Source: a virus (taxonomy: Duplodnaviria; Caudoviricetes). From it: 64,000 nt of DNA. Position numbers and translations under genes: made by a program. The stretch spans positions 36,765 to 100,764 of the IMG/VR virus record IMGVR_UViG_3300011008_000021; one strand, 5' to 3'. This document shows, one piece after another, positions 10,395 through 20,794 of the stretch. The number at the start of each line of letters is the position of its first letter. The stretch's first letter is position 1. A model generated the notes under the pieces. The model worked only from the letters and a program-made list of their open reading frames with translations. It was not told the DNA's origin and ran no database searches.

Positions 10395-11229
10395 CCTCTA
10401 ATTCATCATATAAACTATCAAAGTCAAATTCTTGCTGACCTTTTATATTTTCTGATGGCCTAAATCTATATTCATTTCCTTTTTGGAATTGTCCTCTGGT
10501 AGAGGCCCACTTATTAGCAGTACTGACAATATCATCATCAGAATTTGTAGTAAGATCATCTGTATTAAACAAATCTTGTTGATACGGTTCTTCATATGGT
10601 TTATCATATAAAGCTGGATAAATTACAGTTGCATATAATTGTGCATAATACTTCTCCATATAATTAATGTAATTTCTAATTACATTACCCGTTCTAATTA
10701 ACCATGATGTATTAGCTAAAGCAATAGCAATATGTTTACAACCGCTACCTTTAGTATCGTTTGGATTTGTTATATTTGAAGGTCTGTCTTCTTTTTCCCC
10801 AGCAATAGCATCATTCTTTGAGAGCCAGAAAGCTTGTCTAAATTGAAAATCAGGACAAGTACATCTGACATAAACATTTTTACTATTAAATGCTTTTACC
10901 AATGCTCTTGTAATACACCTTAAATTAAGTTCATTGTTTGTTTGTTTTAGTTGTTGTCTTAACTCTTTTAAAAATCCACTAAATGATATTCTTACTATGT
11001 AATCGTCAGTTTCTCCATGAACTTCTAAATTTACATCTAAAATATCATCTTTAAACAACTTGTTCATATCAAGTCTGTTAAGTTGATTAACAGAAGTTCC
11101 TAATTTTGAATGAACTCTTCTTTCGTATCTGTTTCTGCCACGTTGACGATTCCATGGTACATAATTATCACCACGTTTATTTTTAGCATTCATTTGAGAA
11201 CGATTTACTTCATATAATATTTTTTTCAT
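10369..11229 (-). CDS. SWIM zinc-finger protein
   Basis: CTCPDF...GCKHI SWIM motif. Confidence 0.7.
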   Translation of the reverse strand: MKKILYEVNRSQMNAKNKRGDNYVPWNRQRGRNRYERRVHSKLGTSVNQLNRLDMNKLFKDDILDVNLEVHGETDDYIVRISFSGFLKELRQQLKQTNNELNLRCITRALVKAFNSKNVYVRCTCPDFQFRQAFWLSKNDAIAGEKEDRPSNITNPNDTKGSGCKHIAIALANTSWLIRTGNVIRNYINYMEKYYAQLYATVIYPALYDKPYEEPYQQDLFNTDDLTTNSDDDIVSTANKWASTRGQFQKGNEYRFRPSENIKGQQEFDFDSLYDELEDELQDEPD

Positions 11230-11231
11230 AC

Positions 11232-11738
11232 TTAATCATCCTCAAAATAAATATCGTCTTCTTCAACTTCACAATCTTTAAATTTTGGACTCTTTTTTAA
11301 AAATAATTCAGTCTCTGGATAATCATCCTTATTATTACGACTATTAGAAGTCCAAAAAATATATAAGGGCAATGTTCTATTCCAATTTACATCTTCCTTA
11401 TTTATAATGGTGGACAATAATAAATTACCAGCTAATTCATTACTTTGATAATACAATTCTGGGTCTGTAGTCCAATGTATCCCTACATTATTGGCATCTA
11501 CACCAAATGTCTCTGGGCTTGAATAAAACATTTTCTCAGATATTGTTAAAGAACGATACACCTTCATAGGAAATTGTAATGAGTTATACCATTTTTTACA
11601 ATTTTTAAAAGAATTTTCTTTTATTCTCCAAAAGGCAAGTTGAGCAGATTCCTCATCTTTATAAGAATTTAATAAAGAATTATAAGTTAATTCTTTTATA
11701 TCTTGTACAGTTGGAAAACTTTCTCTTAATATTTTCAT
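11232..11738 (-). CDS. Hypothetical protein, possible ADP-ribosyltransferase-like fold
   Basis: VYR...GIHWTT...ETE resembles R-S-ExE ART motifs; weak. Confidence 0.35.
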   Translation of the reverse strand: MKILRESFPTVQDIKELTYNSLLNSYKDEESAQLAFWRIKENSFKNCKKWYNSLQFPMKVYRSLTISEKMFYSSPETFGVDANNVGIHWTTDPELYYQSNELAGNLLLSTIINKEDVNWNRTLPLYIFWTSNSRNNKDDYPETELFLKKSPKFKDCEVEEDDIYFEDD

Positions 11739-11745
11739 TTGTAAA

Positions 11746-12483
11746 TTAAATCCTATTTACCATCTGTCCTCGAGTCATTGATTCTAGTGATAATTTTTTT
11801 GACGTTAATTCATCAATTTTGTTTTTAAGTTTATCAAGTAACCCTGTATTTCTTATGTCTTTAAACAATTGATTTCCTTTTCCAAATTCTCCATCACAGG
11901 CAATAGAATTATGTCTTATGAGATAGATTGTGTCGACTGTATTAATAACAGATTCCAGATTATCTGAATTAAGTACATTATTAATATGATTTACCCACTT
12001 CTCTACTTCTTTAGAATTATCATGTTGTTTAAAATTTTTAATTGGTTTTGGCTCTTTTATCCATGCATCATCGCATACAGAATATATACCATTTGAAGTT
12101 ACACCTGATCTAATATCCTGTACATACATTTCAACCTGGAGTCCTCTTATTTCTATATCGAACTTTCTATTATAAGAAGATTTTTTGGAATCGTATAAGT
12201 TCTGTAATAATTCTGTTTCGGGTGTAATAACTTCATAATTTGATATTATGTGAACATCGATATCAGATTTATCAGTATAATTATAAGAAGCATTTGATCC
12301 AACAATTTGAACATCAACAATTTCAATTGGAACTTCTATATAATCTTCGAAATGCTTTACAATTTCTATAATTTTATCTTTTACTTCTGGTAATAATTTT
12401 TTAGTAGTTATATCCCAGATCTTTGGATTTAATGTATCGTGTATTTGAATTTCTTCATTAAGTGTTTTCATTCTTTTGTCCAC
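11746..12483 (-). CDS. Pol-beta superfamily nucleotidyltransferase
   Basis: GSNASYNYTDKSDIDVH (GS...DxD) plus VEMYVQ third acidic strand; true start probably MKTLNEE. Confidence 0.75.
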   Translation of the reverse strand: MDKRMKTLNEEIQIHDTLNPKIWDITTKKLLPEVKDKIIEIVKHFEDYIEVPIEIVDVQIVGSNASYNYTDKSDIDVHIISNYEVITPETELLQNLYDSKKSSYNRKFDIEIRGLQVEMYVQDIRSGVTSNGIYSVCDDAWIKEPKPIKNFKQHDNSKEVEKWVNHINNVLNSDNLESVINTVDTIYLIRHNSIACDGEFGKGNQLFKDIRNTGLLDKLKNKIDELTSKKLSLESMTRGQMVNRI

Positions 12484-12780
12484 AAATATTTCTTAGAGCC
12501 TGCACTATATATTCTTGCTTGTGCATTACTTTTCTGCTTTAATGACTTTGTAAATGAACTCTGTTTACAAAGTTTAATATATCTATATTTAATAGTTTCT
12601 TGACTATATACTTTCTGACATATACTTTATTATCTAATCCACCAATGGTAGATTTTATAATATTAATTATTATGTTTTTTACTTATATTTTGTTTGGTTT
12701 CTTTTTAGGTACGACATCATTTTTAGTAGAATATTTTCTGTTGTACCATTTGAATATAATTTCGATCTACGTCTAATCAT
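12469..12780 (-). pseudogene. Possible decayed homing-endonuclease remnant
   Basis: Broken frames ending ...ARIYSAGSKKYLWTKE*, resembling the RIYDxG..KY.W C-terminus of phage free-standing endonucleases. Confidence 0.3.
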
Positions 12781-12898
12781 ATAAGCTTCTTAGATTGGTA
12801 ACGGTGTGCCTACCAAGTTACCAATCTAAGTTACTCATACTTTAAAAACATCTAACACTATATATTATACAATACTAAATGGTATTTGTATATAATTA

Positions 12899-13528
12899 TT
12901 ATTCAATATCTGAAGTATCAGGCATTGCTTTATCATACTGAATGGTACACTGAATCTGATTAACGCTATTAGCATCTGTATCATAAGTAGATTCAGACAA
13001 AGATGAAATCCAGCAACCATATAATTTCCAAGTTCTTACAAGTTGGAAATCTGGAGTATACTCAAGCAGGTAGCAGTCATGTTTATAATCCTTAGCTAAA
13101 CCTACTTTCTCTGTTCTCACATTGTATGATTGATTTTGCCATGCCATTAAAGCCATCTTAGCATCAGTTCCAATAAAATCATTAATTACAAGCTGACCTG
13201 CTTCAAATGATGGAACACCTGCATATTTAAGTGTTGAATTTCCTCTTCTAACTTCAATTACATTTTGTGTAAAATGAGGAACTGAAGTAGACTTAACTGA
13301 AAGTCTGATAACACTTTCTGGATCTGATAAATATGCATTTTGATCTGATGTATCAAATCCTGCCTTAAGAATTGTTGTACCTAATCCAGTTACCATGAAT
13401 TCAAAGTTATTTAATCTTTGTGGTTCATACATAGCTGGATTTTCAGCCATGTGATATGTACCATGTGGTATGGTAGAAGGAGTATTAATTGTTGAAGCTC
13501 TATCTACTCCATTAATAACAATAGACAT
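12899..13528 (-). CDS. Tail tube protein (T4 gp19-like)
   Basis: YEPQRLNNF, KYAG, RTWKLYGCWISSL, TIQYD; adjacent to sheath. Confidence 0.85.
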   Translation of the reverse strand: MSIVINGVDRASTINTPSTIPHGTYHMAENPAMYEPQRLNNFEFMVTGLGTTILKAGFDTSDQNAYLSDPESVIRLSVKSTSVPHFTQNVIEVRRGNSTLKYAGVPSFEAGQLVINDFIGTDAKMALMAWQNQSYNVRTEKVGLAKDYKHDCYLLEYTPDFQLVRTWKLYGCWISSLSESTYDTDANSVNQIQCTIQYDKAMPDTSDIE

Positions 13529-13546
13529 ATTTTAATTCTCCTTTAA

Positions 13547-14884
13547 TTATTCTTCAATGATAACTTCATCGTCTAACAGTAAAATTCCAACATTTACTGA
13601 TTCAACACCATAAGTTGGATAAAGTACAATCTGGCATTGTAATTTTGTTTTATCAGTTGATGGAACTTTTAACAATTTATAATTCTTTAATCCGCTTGCT
13701 GAAACCATTGTGTCAAGAAGTTCAGCCATGCTTGCTTTGAACTTAGTCCATAATACATCATTATTTACTTCAAACATAACAAGCTGAGCAGTCATGTAAG
13801 CCTGCTTTTTAACTTCTGAAACAAGATTTCTAAGATTAAGGAATGTAAGTGCAAATCCAGTTGATGCAGTTGTATATTGCTTTAAGGTTCTATTTCCCCA
13901 TATGGTATATCCATAAGGTCTAATATAGGTAATAGCATTTATACAAATTGTTGGATCGCTTGAATCAGTTGTGTATCCATACTGATAAGATTCTGCTATT
14001 CTATTTGTTAAAATTCTATCTGTATGAGTTGATTTAACAATAGTTGCAAGTCCTCTTGAAACACCTGCTACAGTTTGCCAAGACTCATTAGTTTTTAATG
14101 AATTTGCTAAGGTGCTTAAATATACAAAAGATGCAGGCATAACATAATTGTTAGTACAATTACACCATGGAGTAAACATAGTAGCATATTCGGAAGCTGG
14201 TAAGTTAGAATTAATTACTGAACCACTTCCTTCTAATGGTCTGTGAGGATTATCTGTGTGATCGATGAGTGCAACACAATCTCCTCTCATCTGTGCTACG
14301 TTTATTACTTGTGAAGATAAAGTTGATGCTGATATATTTGTATACTCGTGACATGGATATCCACCAGTTGTAATAAATTTAATATCATATGTTCCTTTAT
14401 CTAAAATTGGTGAATCAACTGATCCATCAAAAATCGAATATAAAGTAGTATATGCTTTTGATACAGTAACATCATAATTAGCTGAAGTATTATCTGTAAC
14501 ATCATTCATTCTCTCATAGATAATTGTTAAACCTTGTGAAAGAAGATTTAAAGCATATATATAAGATGGATCTGGATCTCCAGCAGCAAACCATTCTACA
14601 GTTGAATAATCCTCTGAATCAGTGGAATCAAGCGGAATAGCAGCTTGTGGGAATCCTGCAGAAGTTGCAGCCACATAATACGGATAATTCTGTGCTACTT
14701 TGAAGGTAGCAGGTTCTGTACCAAACAACGATCTAAACTGAGAAACAGAATAGCAAATTTGTGGAGTACCAACAGCTGCAGTAGCACCAGGACCAGCAAA
14801 TCCTGGAATGTACACTATATTATTCTGTTCAAAACTACTTCCATTAGTGGTTAAATCAGTCTCACTAATAATTATTCTATTCAT
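13547..14884 (-). CDS. Tail sheath protein (gp18-like)
   Basis: RGDCVALID, AGVSRG, INAI...GYTIWGNRTL, LNLRNL, FEVNNDVLW sheath C-terminal motifs. Confidence 0.9.
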   Translation of the reverse strand: MNRIIISETDLTTNGSSFEQNNIVYIPGFAGPGATAAVGTPQICYSVSQFRSLFGTEPATFKVAQNYPYYVAATSAGFPQAAIPLDSTDSEDYSTVEWFAAGDPDPSYIYALNLLSQGLTIIYERMNDVTDNTSANYDVTVSKAYTTLYSIFDGSVDSPILDKGTYDIKFITTGGYPCHEYTNISASTLSSQVINVAQMRGDCVALIDHTDNPHRPLEGSGSVINSNLPASEYATMFTPWCNCTNNYVMPASFVYLSTLANSLKTNESWQTVAGVSRGLATIVKSTHTDRILTNRIAESYQYGYTTDSSDPTICINAITYIRPYGYTIWGNRTLKQYTTASTGFALTFLNLRNLVSEVKKQAYMTAQLVMFEVNNDVLWTKFKASMAELLDTMVSASGLKNYKLLKVPSTDKTKLQCQIVLYPTYGVESVNVGILLLDDEVIIEE

Positions 14885-14903
14885 TTAATCTCCTTAAATA
14901 TTT

Positions 14904-15563
14904 TCAAGTAGTTGTATCATCTTTAAAAGTTAAATCCAAATCTTCGGTTACAACATCAGTATCTGAAGATACAATTACCAATCCACCTTCTAAGGTTAGA
15001 TATGGTTTTAATCTTGTATCCCACAGATAAGCATCAACAAGAGATATTGATAAAGATAATCTTGTAAATTGTCCTACAACTATTCTTTCTGGTATTGCTG
15101 AATTATCTTCTACTGTAGAGGATATCTCAATAGAACAATTATGGACTATATTTGAACCGTGATAAGGAATAGTTATCTGTAATTCTGGATAATTAATTAA
15201 ATTGAATACTAACTCTCTCATATATGCATCAGCTTCTCGATATTTTCTAGCATACACATTTATCTGATACTCAAGTTGAATTGGTATTCCATTTAACTGC
15301 AATGTATAGCGTTCTCCATTGTCATTGGTGGTAACATATCTACCATCATATGTCAATGGTCTTTTATTTGTATTGATTATTTGATAACCACCCGGTCTTA
15401 CTATTGTAATTATAGGAAGCTCGATTGGTTTATCTTTTTTAGTATCAGCAATTATTTCAAATAACTGTCTGGTTTGTTCAGGTCCATAAATATGAACATT
15501 TGTATTCTCTGTCCACCTATTAAATTTTTGAATTATTGCTGAATCATATAAATAAGCAGACAA
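14904..15563 (-). CDS. Tail terminator / sheath stabiliser (gp15-like)
   Basis: LPIITIVR, PIQLEYQINVY motifs; upstream of sheath. Confidence 0.65.
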   Translation of the reverse strand: MSAYLYDSAIIQKFNRWTENTNVHIYGPEQTRQLFEIIADTKKDKPIELPIITIVRPGGYQIINTNKRPLTYDGRYVTTNDNGERYTLQLNGIPIQLEYQINVYARKYREADAYMRELVFNLINYPELQITIPYHGSNIVHNCSIEISSTVEDNSAIPERIVVGQFTRLSLSISLVDAYLWDTRLKPYLTLEGGLVIVSSDTDVVTEDLDLTFKDDTTT

Positions 15564-15565
15564 TT

Positions 15566-15994
15566 TTAAACCCCCAAGATATACATATTATATATATCAT
15601 ATATATGATTATTAAAATATCCAAACATCTCAGAAAATATAGGATAAGGTTTTACAAATAAATTTCCATAGTTGATTAAATTAACTATGTCAATAATTCT
15701 AATAGTATCTAATCCATATATTTTTAAATCAGGGTTGACAGTTACTTTTACTCTGTTTGCCGACCTGTATATATCAAATCTTAATGTTTGAATTGCTACA
15801 TAACATATTTCTTTTAAATCTATATGTTTAATATATATAGATTTAAAAATTGGATCACTATTTACAAATAATTGTAGTTGATTTAACTTTTCTGGATTTA
15901 AATTACTACTCATCCAAAAGTACATTTTATCAACTAAATATTTATTGAAACCTTCATCTATAAAATTAAGAATTAACTGCATTGAAATGATCAA
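15566..15994 (-). CDS. Neck/tail completion protein, putative
   Basis: LINYG motif; neck-region synteny. Confidence 0.4.
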   Translation of the reverse strand: MIISMQLILNFIDEGFNKYLVDKMYFWMSSNLNPEKLNQLQLFVNSDPIFKSIYIKHIDLKEICYVAIQTLRFDIYRSANRVKVTVNPDLKIYGLDTIRIIDIVNLINYGNLFVKPYPIFSEMFGYFNNHIYDIYNMYILGV

Positions 15995-16514
15995 TATCTA
16001 TAGTTTCAAAATCATCTTCTCTGTTCAGTAAATTGAAACTTGTATTTTCATAATCATAATTGGTTTCCGGTAAGAAATTATCTTGATACTCAGGTATGAG
16101 TTCACAAGTAATTGAAGCAGGATAAACAATACTATTTGTTAATCTAACAACTCTAAATAATCTACCTTTTGAATTATCCAATCCACTTGGTATCACAAAC
16201 ATTGCACCTTGTTGCAATCCAGGAAGATCATAATCAACATGAATTATCGATGAATTTTCTTGAAGTTCCGCTACCCAACCAATTTTCTTTAGAGTCTGTT
16301 GATTTGGATGTTCATCAAAAATAACACCAACTTTTATAGCATTATTGTATAATGCTTCTAATTCTCCATATTGAGTGTAATGTTTACTTTCTGGTTTAGG
16401 TGGTATATAATAGACATAAATGCCAATCAACTTAACCATTTCTTTAAAATAATGTCTATGTAATTTTATGGAGTTGTGTAATAACAAACCATATTTATTA
16501 TCCATTTCAATCAT
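15966..16514 (-). CDS. Neck protein (gp14-like head closure)
   Basis: EMVKLIGIYVYY...YGE; synteny near gp13-like gene. Confidence 0.55.
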   Translation of the reverse strand: MIEMDNKYGLLLHNSIKLHRHYFKEMVKLIGIYVYYIPPKPESKHYTQYGELEALYNNAIKVGVIFDEHPNQQTLKKIGWVAELQENSSIIHVDYDLPGLQQGAMFVIPSGLDNSKGRLFRVVRLTNSIVYPASITCELIPEYQDNFLPETNYDYENTSFNLLNREDDFETIDIDHFNAVNS

Positions 16515-17716
16515 TTTCTTACAGTTCCATATAATCTAACTGACTTACCATCTGAATCTTTTTGTCTATAATTATAATTTAAAGACTCAGTCATAAACTT
16601 CTTATCTTTTAAATTACCAGTAATAGTAAATGCTTTTCTTCCTTTGGTAATTTGAGTATTCTCTCCGATGAACTTCATCTTTCCTGATTTAGTTACTTTA
16701 TAGGATTCAAATACAAAAGATGTACCTCTCTCTTTTCCAGAGTTAAATTTAATAATTCCTTCAACAAAAAGCTTATTATTCTTTCTGGTGATATTTTTAG
16801 TCTTATAAGACTCTACATTCTCATAAACTCTTCTGAGATAAGATTCACCAAGTTCATCGAAAGACTCTTCATCGAATTCATCAACATCTACGTCTACTTG
16901 ATCTTCAACATCTGATTCTGTATCTTCAATTTCATCTTCCTCTGGTTCCTGGTTATCTGAAATTTCAATAGCATCCTCTATGTCGATAGGAGCCATTGTT
17001 TCTCCTTCATTAGTCTTTGGCTCAGTTGTTATTGTAACTTTACCAGAATCAGTAGAATCCATAGACATTACTTGATCGTCAGTTTCAATAGTTGCAGATT
17101 GAAAATCTTCTTCTAAACATTCATCAGTATCTTTAAGACTATTTTGAATAGCATTACCAGCTAATGCACCAACTATAGGATGACCTACAGCTCCACCTAA
17201 TAAGCCACCTGCAGCTGCACCCAGAAGTCCTTCATCACATGATTGAAGATGTTTCTTTGATTCTCTAATTAAATTCTTATCCCCACATTCATCGATATCA
17301 ACTTTTGTATCAACTTCAGCTTCAAGATTTCCATCACCGTCTTCATCAGTAATTGTCACTTCTTCAACTTCCTCGTAAGGAACAATCTTACCAATTACTT
17401 TATATCCGTCTTGTGAAAAACAAACTGGACACTCTTCGTCAATATTGCAACAACCTGATTCATTATCAATTTTAATTTCTGATGGATCTTTATAGAACTT
17501 AGAATGACAGATGCAACATTCAGTAACAACTTTTCCAACATAAGAATCTTCTATATCGTCCTCTGTATCTGCCTGGACATCTATAATATCAATTTCATCT
17601 GACAATTCGTCAGTGTCTATAAAATTTCTTAAATCAGCAGAATCCATTGCAGAACTGATATTAAAATCTTCTGACTCAAGTAAATTTAATTTTTGAAATG
17701 CTTCGTTTAAATTCAT
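16511..17716 (-). CDS. Acidic head-associated protein with Zn-ribbon and glycine zipper
   Basis: CCICH...CPVC; GLLGAAAGGLLGGAVG; MNLNEA start and many xES/LxE sites. Confidence 0.55.
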   Translation of the reverse strand: MNLNEAFQKLNLLESEDFNISSAMDSADLRNFIDTDELSDEIDIIDVQADTEDDIEDSYVGKVVTECCICHSKFYKDPSEIKIDNESGCCNIDEECPVCFSQDGYKVIGKIVPYEEVEEVTITDEDGDGNLEAEVDTKVDIDECGDKNLIRESKKHLQSCDEGLLGAAAGGLLGGAVGHPIVGALAGNAIQNSLKDTDECLEEDFQSATIETDDQVMSMDSTDSGKVTITTEPKTNEGETMAPIDIEDAIEISDNQEPEEDEIEDTESDVEDQVDVDVDEFDEESFDELGESYLRRVYENVESYKTKNITRKNNKLFVEGIIKFNSGKERGTSFVFESYKVTKSGKMKFIGENTQITKGRKAFTITGNLKDKKFMTESLNYNYRQKDSDGKSVRLYGTVRK

Positions 17717-17729
17717 TTCATTCTCCTTG

Positions 17730-18458
17730 TTAATCTATTCCATAAGTTAATTGAGTATTCTGCCTCAAATAATCTTGTAATGTCTGATATTCACTTATAC
17801 CTTCTTGTAAGATCGTCTCTCCATCTTGTGTCCATAAGGCATTAGATTGAGTATATCTTGTTCTTATTCTTCCTAAGGTAATTTTAGTTAATGCCAAAGA
17901 CATTTGAGTAATAACATCAATCCAAAAATCAGATTTCACTTCTTCTACATCATCATATTTAGGAACATATTCAACAGTGATATATTGAGGTGTTCCACTT
18001 GAAATATTTACATATAAACAATTACTTGCTCTATCAAAAACAAAAGCTAAATCAGTTGATGTAGTATTTCTTATCTGAAGTAATGTATTCCAAGAAAGAT
18101 AATTGTAAACATAATCTTGAAAATTATACATGTTACCAGTTCCAGACAATAATTGCCACTGTGCTACTTGCATAGGATCCATAGTAGTAGAATTTCCATT
18201 ACTTGTAAATCCTTCTGTTCTGTAAACTCTGGAAACTGAATTAACTTTTATTTGCTTACCATTTGTATTTTCTTTATTTGAAAAATCAATACAGTTCTGA
18301 AATGGAATTGTGATGTAATTAGTATCGCAGATATATCTTTGTACTTCTCTTAAAGCAGAATTTATAATTCTATCAAGTGTTGAGTCATCAATTTCCATTT
18401 CTAATAAATAGCCAGTAAGTTTCAATTTTATTTCATCTCTGTATTCCTGAAGTGTCAT
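17730..18458 (-). CDS. Neck protein (gp13-like head-tail adaptor)
   Basis: IKLKL...MEIDD, LGRIRTRY...DGETILQEG pattern of gp13-like adaptors. Confidence 0.75.
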   Translation of the reverse strand: MTLQEYRDEIKLKLTGYLLEMEIDDSTLDRIINSALREVQRYICDTNYITIPFQNCIDFSNKENTNGKQIKVNSVSRVYRTEGFTSNGNSTTMDPMQVAQWQLLSGTGNMYNFQDYVYNYLSWNTLLQIRNTTSTDLAFVFDRASNCLYVNISSGTPQYITVEYVPKYDDVEEVKSDFWIDVITQMSLALTKITLGRIRTRYTQSNALWTQDGETILQEGISEYQTLQDYLRQNTQLTYGID

Positions 18459-18535
18459 TTACTTACTCCTATTTAAATTTATCAATATTGGAGGATATAT
18501 TAATATATCCTCCAATATATAATAATTATACAATA

Positions 18536-18691
18536 TTATTCGTTACCTTTAACAATATCAGTTCCATCAACTTTAATAACAGTCTCATTTGATGGCTTCT
18601 CAATAACTATGTCAGGTGTTCCAGTAGTAGGAATCTGATTTTTATTATTGACTTCAATATTTAATTTTCCATTTTTTTCATAAATAAACAT
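18536..18691 (-). CDS. Small hypothetical protein (51 aa, not in ORF track)
   Basis: AGGAG RBS then MFIYEKNGKLNIEV...KGNE*. Confidence 0.55.
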   Translation of the reverse strand: MFIYEKNGKLNIEVNNKNQIPTTGTPDIVIEKPSNETVIKVDGTDIVKGNE

Positions 18692-18719
18692 GTTTATATA
18701 TTCTCCTATTTAAAATATA

Positions 18720-19871
18720 TTAAATTCCAAATGTAGCAAAAGATCTTAAAATATCAACACAACTATCCATGGTATCGATAGTAGCTTCATCAAAGAATTC
18801 ATTCCATTTAGACATTGGATCATCAAGATATGATCCTAACTCTTCTTGAAAGTCCATTAGATCATTAGCAATCTTATTTGCTCTTAATTGTATTTTAGAC
18901 TGAACAGCTTCTCTTAATAAACTTTCTTCTTTACGAAGAGCTTTATTAATTCTTCCTTGATACCTATCTAATTGGCCTGCATGATAAGATCTATCTGTTT
19001 CCTTCCTTCTTTGAATTTCTGCAATTCTGTCTTGAAGCTTTTTTATCTCATCATCTGCAGTTGAATCAATATTACCTAAGTTATTCTTGTGATAATTCCT
19101 GCTCCAAAGATCATTCTTCATCTGATTATAATTTCCCTGCATTTCAGCATTTTGAAGCTCTCTGTCTCTTTCTAAAGCATTAACTCCACCTTGATGTCCA
19201 TAAGTATTTGGAGATCTTTGACCACTCACATATTTTCTAGCTCTGTCTGCAAGATTTATTTTATCATTAGACATACCTGAAGGACCTTGTGAGTGATATC
19301 TCCTACCATAATATCTACTTCTTCCTTCTGAATCATCATCTTCGGAACGAACAATAGCATTACCCCATGAACCTGGAGTATTAGGAACTATCTTAGCATT
19401 ATCATCTCTTTTAAGACCGTATTTATCAAGAACTTTCTTTTCTTCTGGTGTAAGTTTAGCATTTGATCTTTTTACAGATTTATTATATATACTTCTAAGA
19501 AGTTCAGAGTCAGCTCTATCTTCATCAGACATTTCTGCCTCATTTAAAGAATTTAATTTTTCTCTTAATTTATCTGTATCAACACATTCAGAGAAATTTT
19601 CTTCATTTCTACTTTCTTCATTTGAATAGAACTCTTTTGCTTCTTCTTCTGAAATATAATTAATTTCTTCTGGCTCTGAAGTTTCTTGATTTTCGGCTTC
19701 AACTACAACATTTCCATCTTCATCTATTTGAACATCAAGAAGTTTGTATGTTTCATCACCGTTAGTAAAAAGATCTCCTACTTCAATTTCATCTGTTTCT
19801 TTTTCAATTTCCTCAGATTCAACAAGATATCTTTTGTTAAATCCTTCGTTTAACATTTTTAGATTATTCAT
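18720..19871 (-). CDS. Putative internal head protein
   Basis: 383 aa; LNE/LVE/LRE motifs; downstream of capsid gene. Confidence 0.5.
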   Translation of the reverse strand: MNNLKMLNEGFNKRYLVESEEIEKETDEIEVGDLFTNGDETYKLLDVQIDEDGNVVVEAENQETSEPEEINYISEEEAKEFYSNEESRNEENFSECVDTDKLREKLNSLNEAEMSDEDRADSELLRSIYNKSVKRSNAKLTPEEKKVLDKYGLKRDDNAKIVPNTPGSWGNAIVRSEDDDSEGRSRYYGRRYHSQGPSGMSNDKINLADRARKYVSGQRSPNTYGHQGGVNALERDRELQNAEMQGNYNQMKNDLWSRNYHKNNLGNIDSTADDEIKKLQDRIAEIQRRKETDRSYHAGQLDRYQGRINKALRKEESLLREAVQSKIQLRANKIANDLMDFQEELGSYLDDPMSKWNEFFDEATIDTMDSCVDILRSFATFGI

Positions 19872-19972
19872 TTATCAATTTTCCTTTAAAATAAAAAAGA
19901 TGTAGTATATAAACTACATCTAATCAGTTATTATCAATATATAATACAATAATTATTTATTTTAAAATAATA

Positions 19973-20143
19973 TTAAACATCTGAAGGATCGAAATCTATC
20001 ATTTCATCAATTTCTTCCTTCGCTTGTTTGACTGTATCTGCTTCATACTTTATATCTCTTATAAAGAATAAATCAGTATCCTGATAAAATATATATTTTC
20101 CAGTATCACTATCAAACTCAATAATAAAAGATCTGTATTTCAT
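19973..20143 (-). CDS. Small protein (56 aa), YK/R...F.T.xxAK..ID family
   Basis: Manual translation MKYRSFIIEFDSDTGKYIFY...ADTVKQAKEEIDEMI; AAAGGTG RBS. Confidence 0.6.
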   Translation of the reverse strand: MKYRSFIIEFDSDTGKYIFYQDTDLFFIRDIKYEADTVKQAKEEIDEMIDFDPSDV

Positions 20144-20167
20144 AAAACACCTTTCTTAAAAAGAATG

Positions 20168-20305
20168 TTATAAATTATCAATTTCATTCTTTGCTTCTTC
20201 TATAGTGTCAAAAAAAGCATCTATTCTAATTGGATCCTCTTGAATAGTTATTCTATACATATCTGTATTTTCTACATATATAATATCATAACCTTTATAA
20301 TTCAT
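20168..20305 (-). CDS. Small protein (45 aa), paralogue of 19973..20143
   Basis: MNYKGYDIIYVENTDMYRITI...FFDTIEEAKNEIDNL*; ATGA overlap with upstream gene. Confidence 0.6.
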   Translation of the reverse strand: MNYKGYDIIYVENTDMYRITIQEDPIRIDAFFDTIEEAKNEIDNL

Positions 20306-20616
20306 ACTTCAATTATACCCTCTTTAACATATCTAATCATTACTTTGATATAAAGTAGAACCCAATTATTCCAACTCATTAAATCTAAATAATCAAAATC
20401 AATTTCATTTTTAGCGTAGAAACTTTCCAACCATACTCTAAAAGAAGAATCCTTTACATTAAGAGACTTATAAAAATTATACAGAGAGTTTTTATATTCC
20501 AAAGATGTAATATCTTTTAATGGTTTCTTATCATTTGGTAATCCTATTGACGAAGTCCATCTATCAAAAGCTTCAATTACTTCATTGTATCTATCTATTA
20601 ATTCAGCACTATTCAT
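20302..20616 (-). CDS. Hypothetical protein
   Basis: 104-aa ORF behind a sigmaA-type promoter. Confidence 0.55.
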   Translation of the reverse strand: MNSAELIDRYNEVIEAFDRWTSSIGLPNDKKPLKDITSLEYKNSLYNFYKSLNVKDSSFRVWLESFYAKNEIDFDYLDLMSWNNWVLLYIKVMIRYVKEGIIEV

Positions 20617-20711
20617 TTTTAAGAATCTATTTTCTTGTCCGTCATCATATATTTCTACGTTAAAAGTATTAGCTGTTAGAAACAGCTTGCAACCTAATGT
20701 CTTACAGGATT

Positions 20712-20740
20712 ATTATACGATATTTTTATTTAATTGTCAA
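20712..20740 (-). promoter_or_regulatory. SigmaA/sigma70-type promoter
   Basis: TTGACA-17 nt-TATAAT, perfect consensus. Confidence 0.8.
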
Positions 20741-20743
20741 CAA

Positions 20744-20778
20744 TAAAAAAGAGGAGTTACAGGTAATGTAACTCCTCT
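20744..20778 (-). terminator. Intrinsic terminator after major capsid gene
   Basis: AGAGGAGTTAC-loop-GTAACTCCTCT followed by T-run on minus strand. Confidence 0.8.
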
Positions 20779-20794
20779 GAAAACATTAAGTTAA

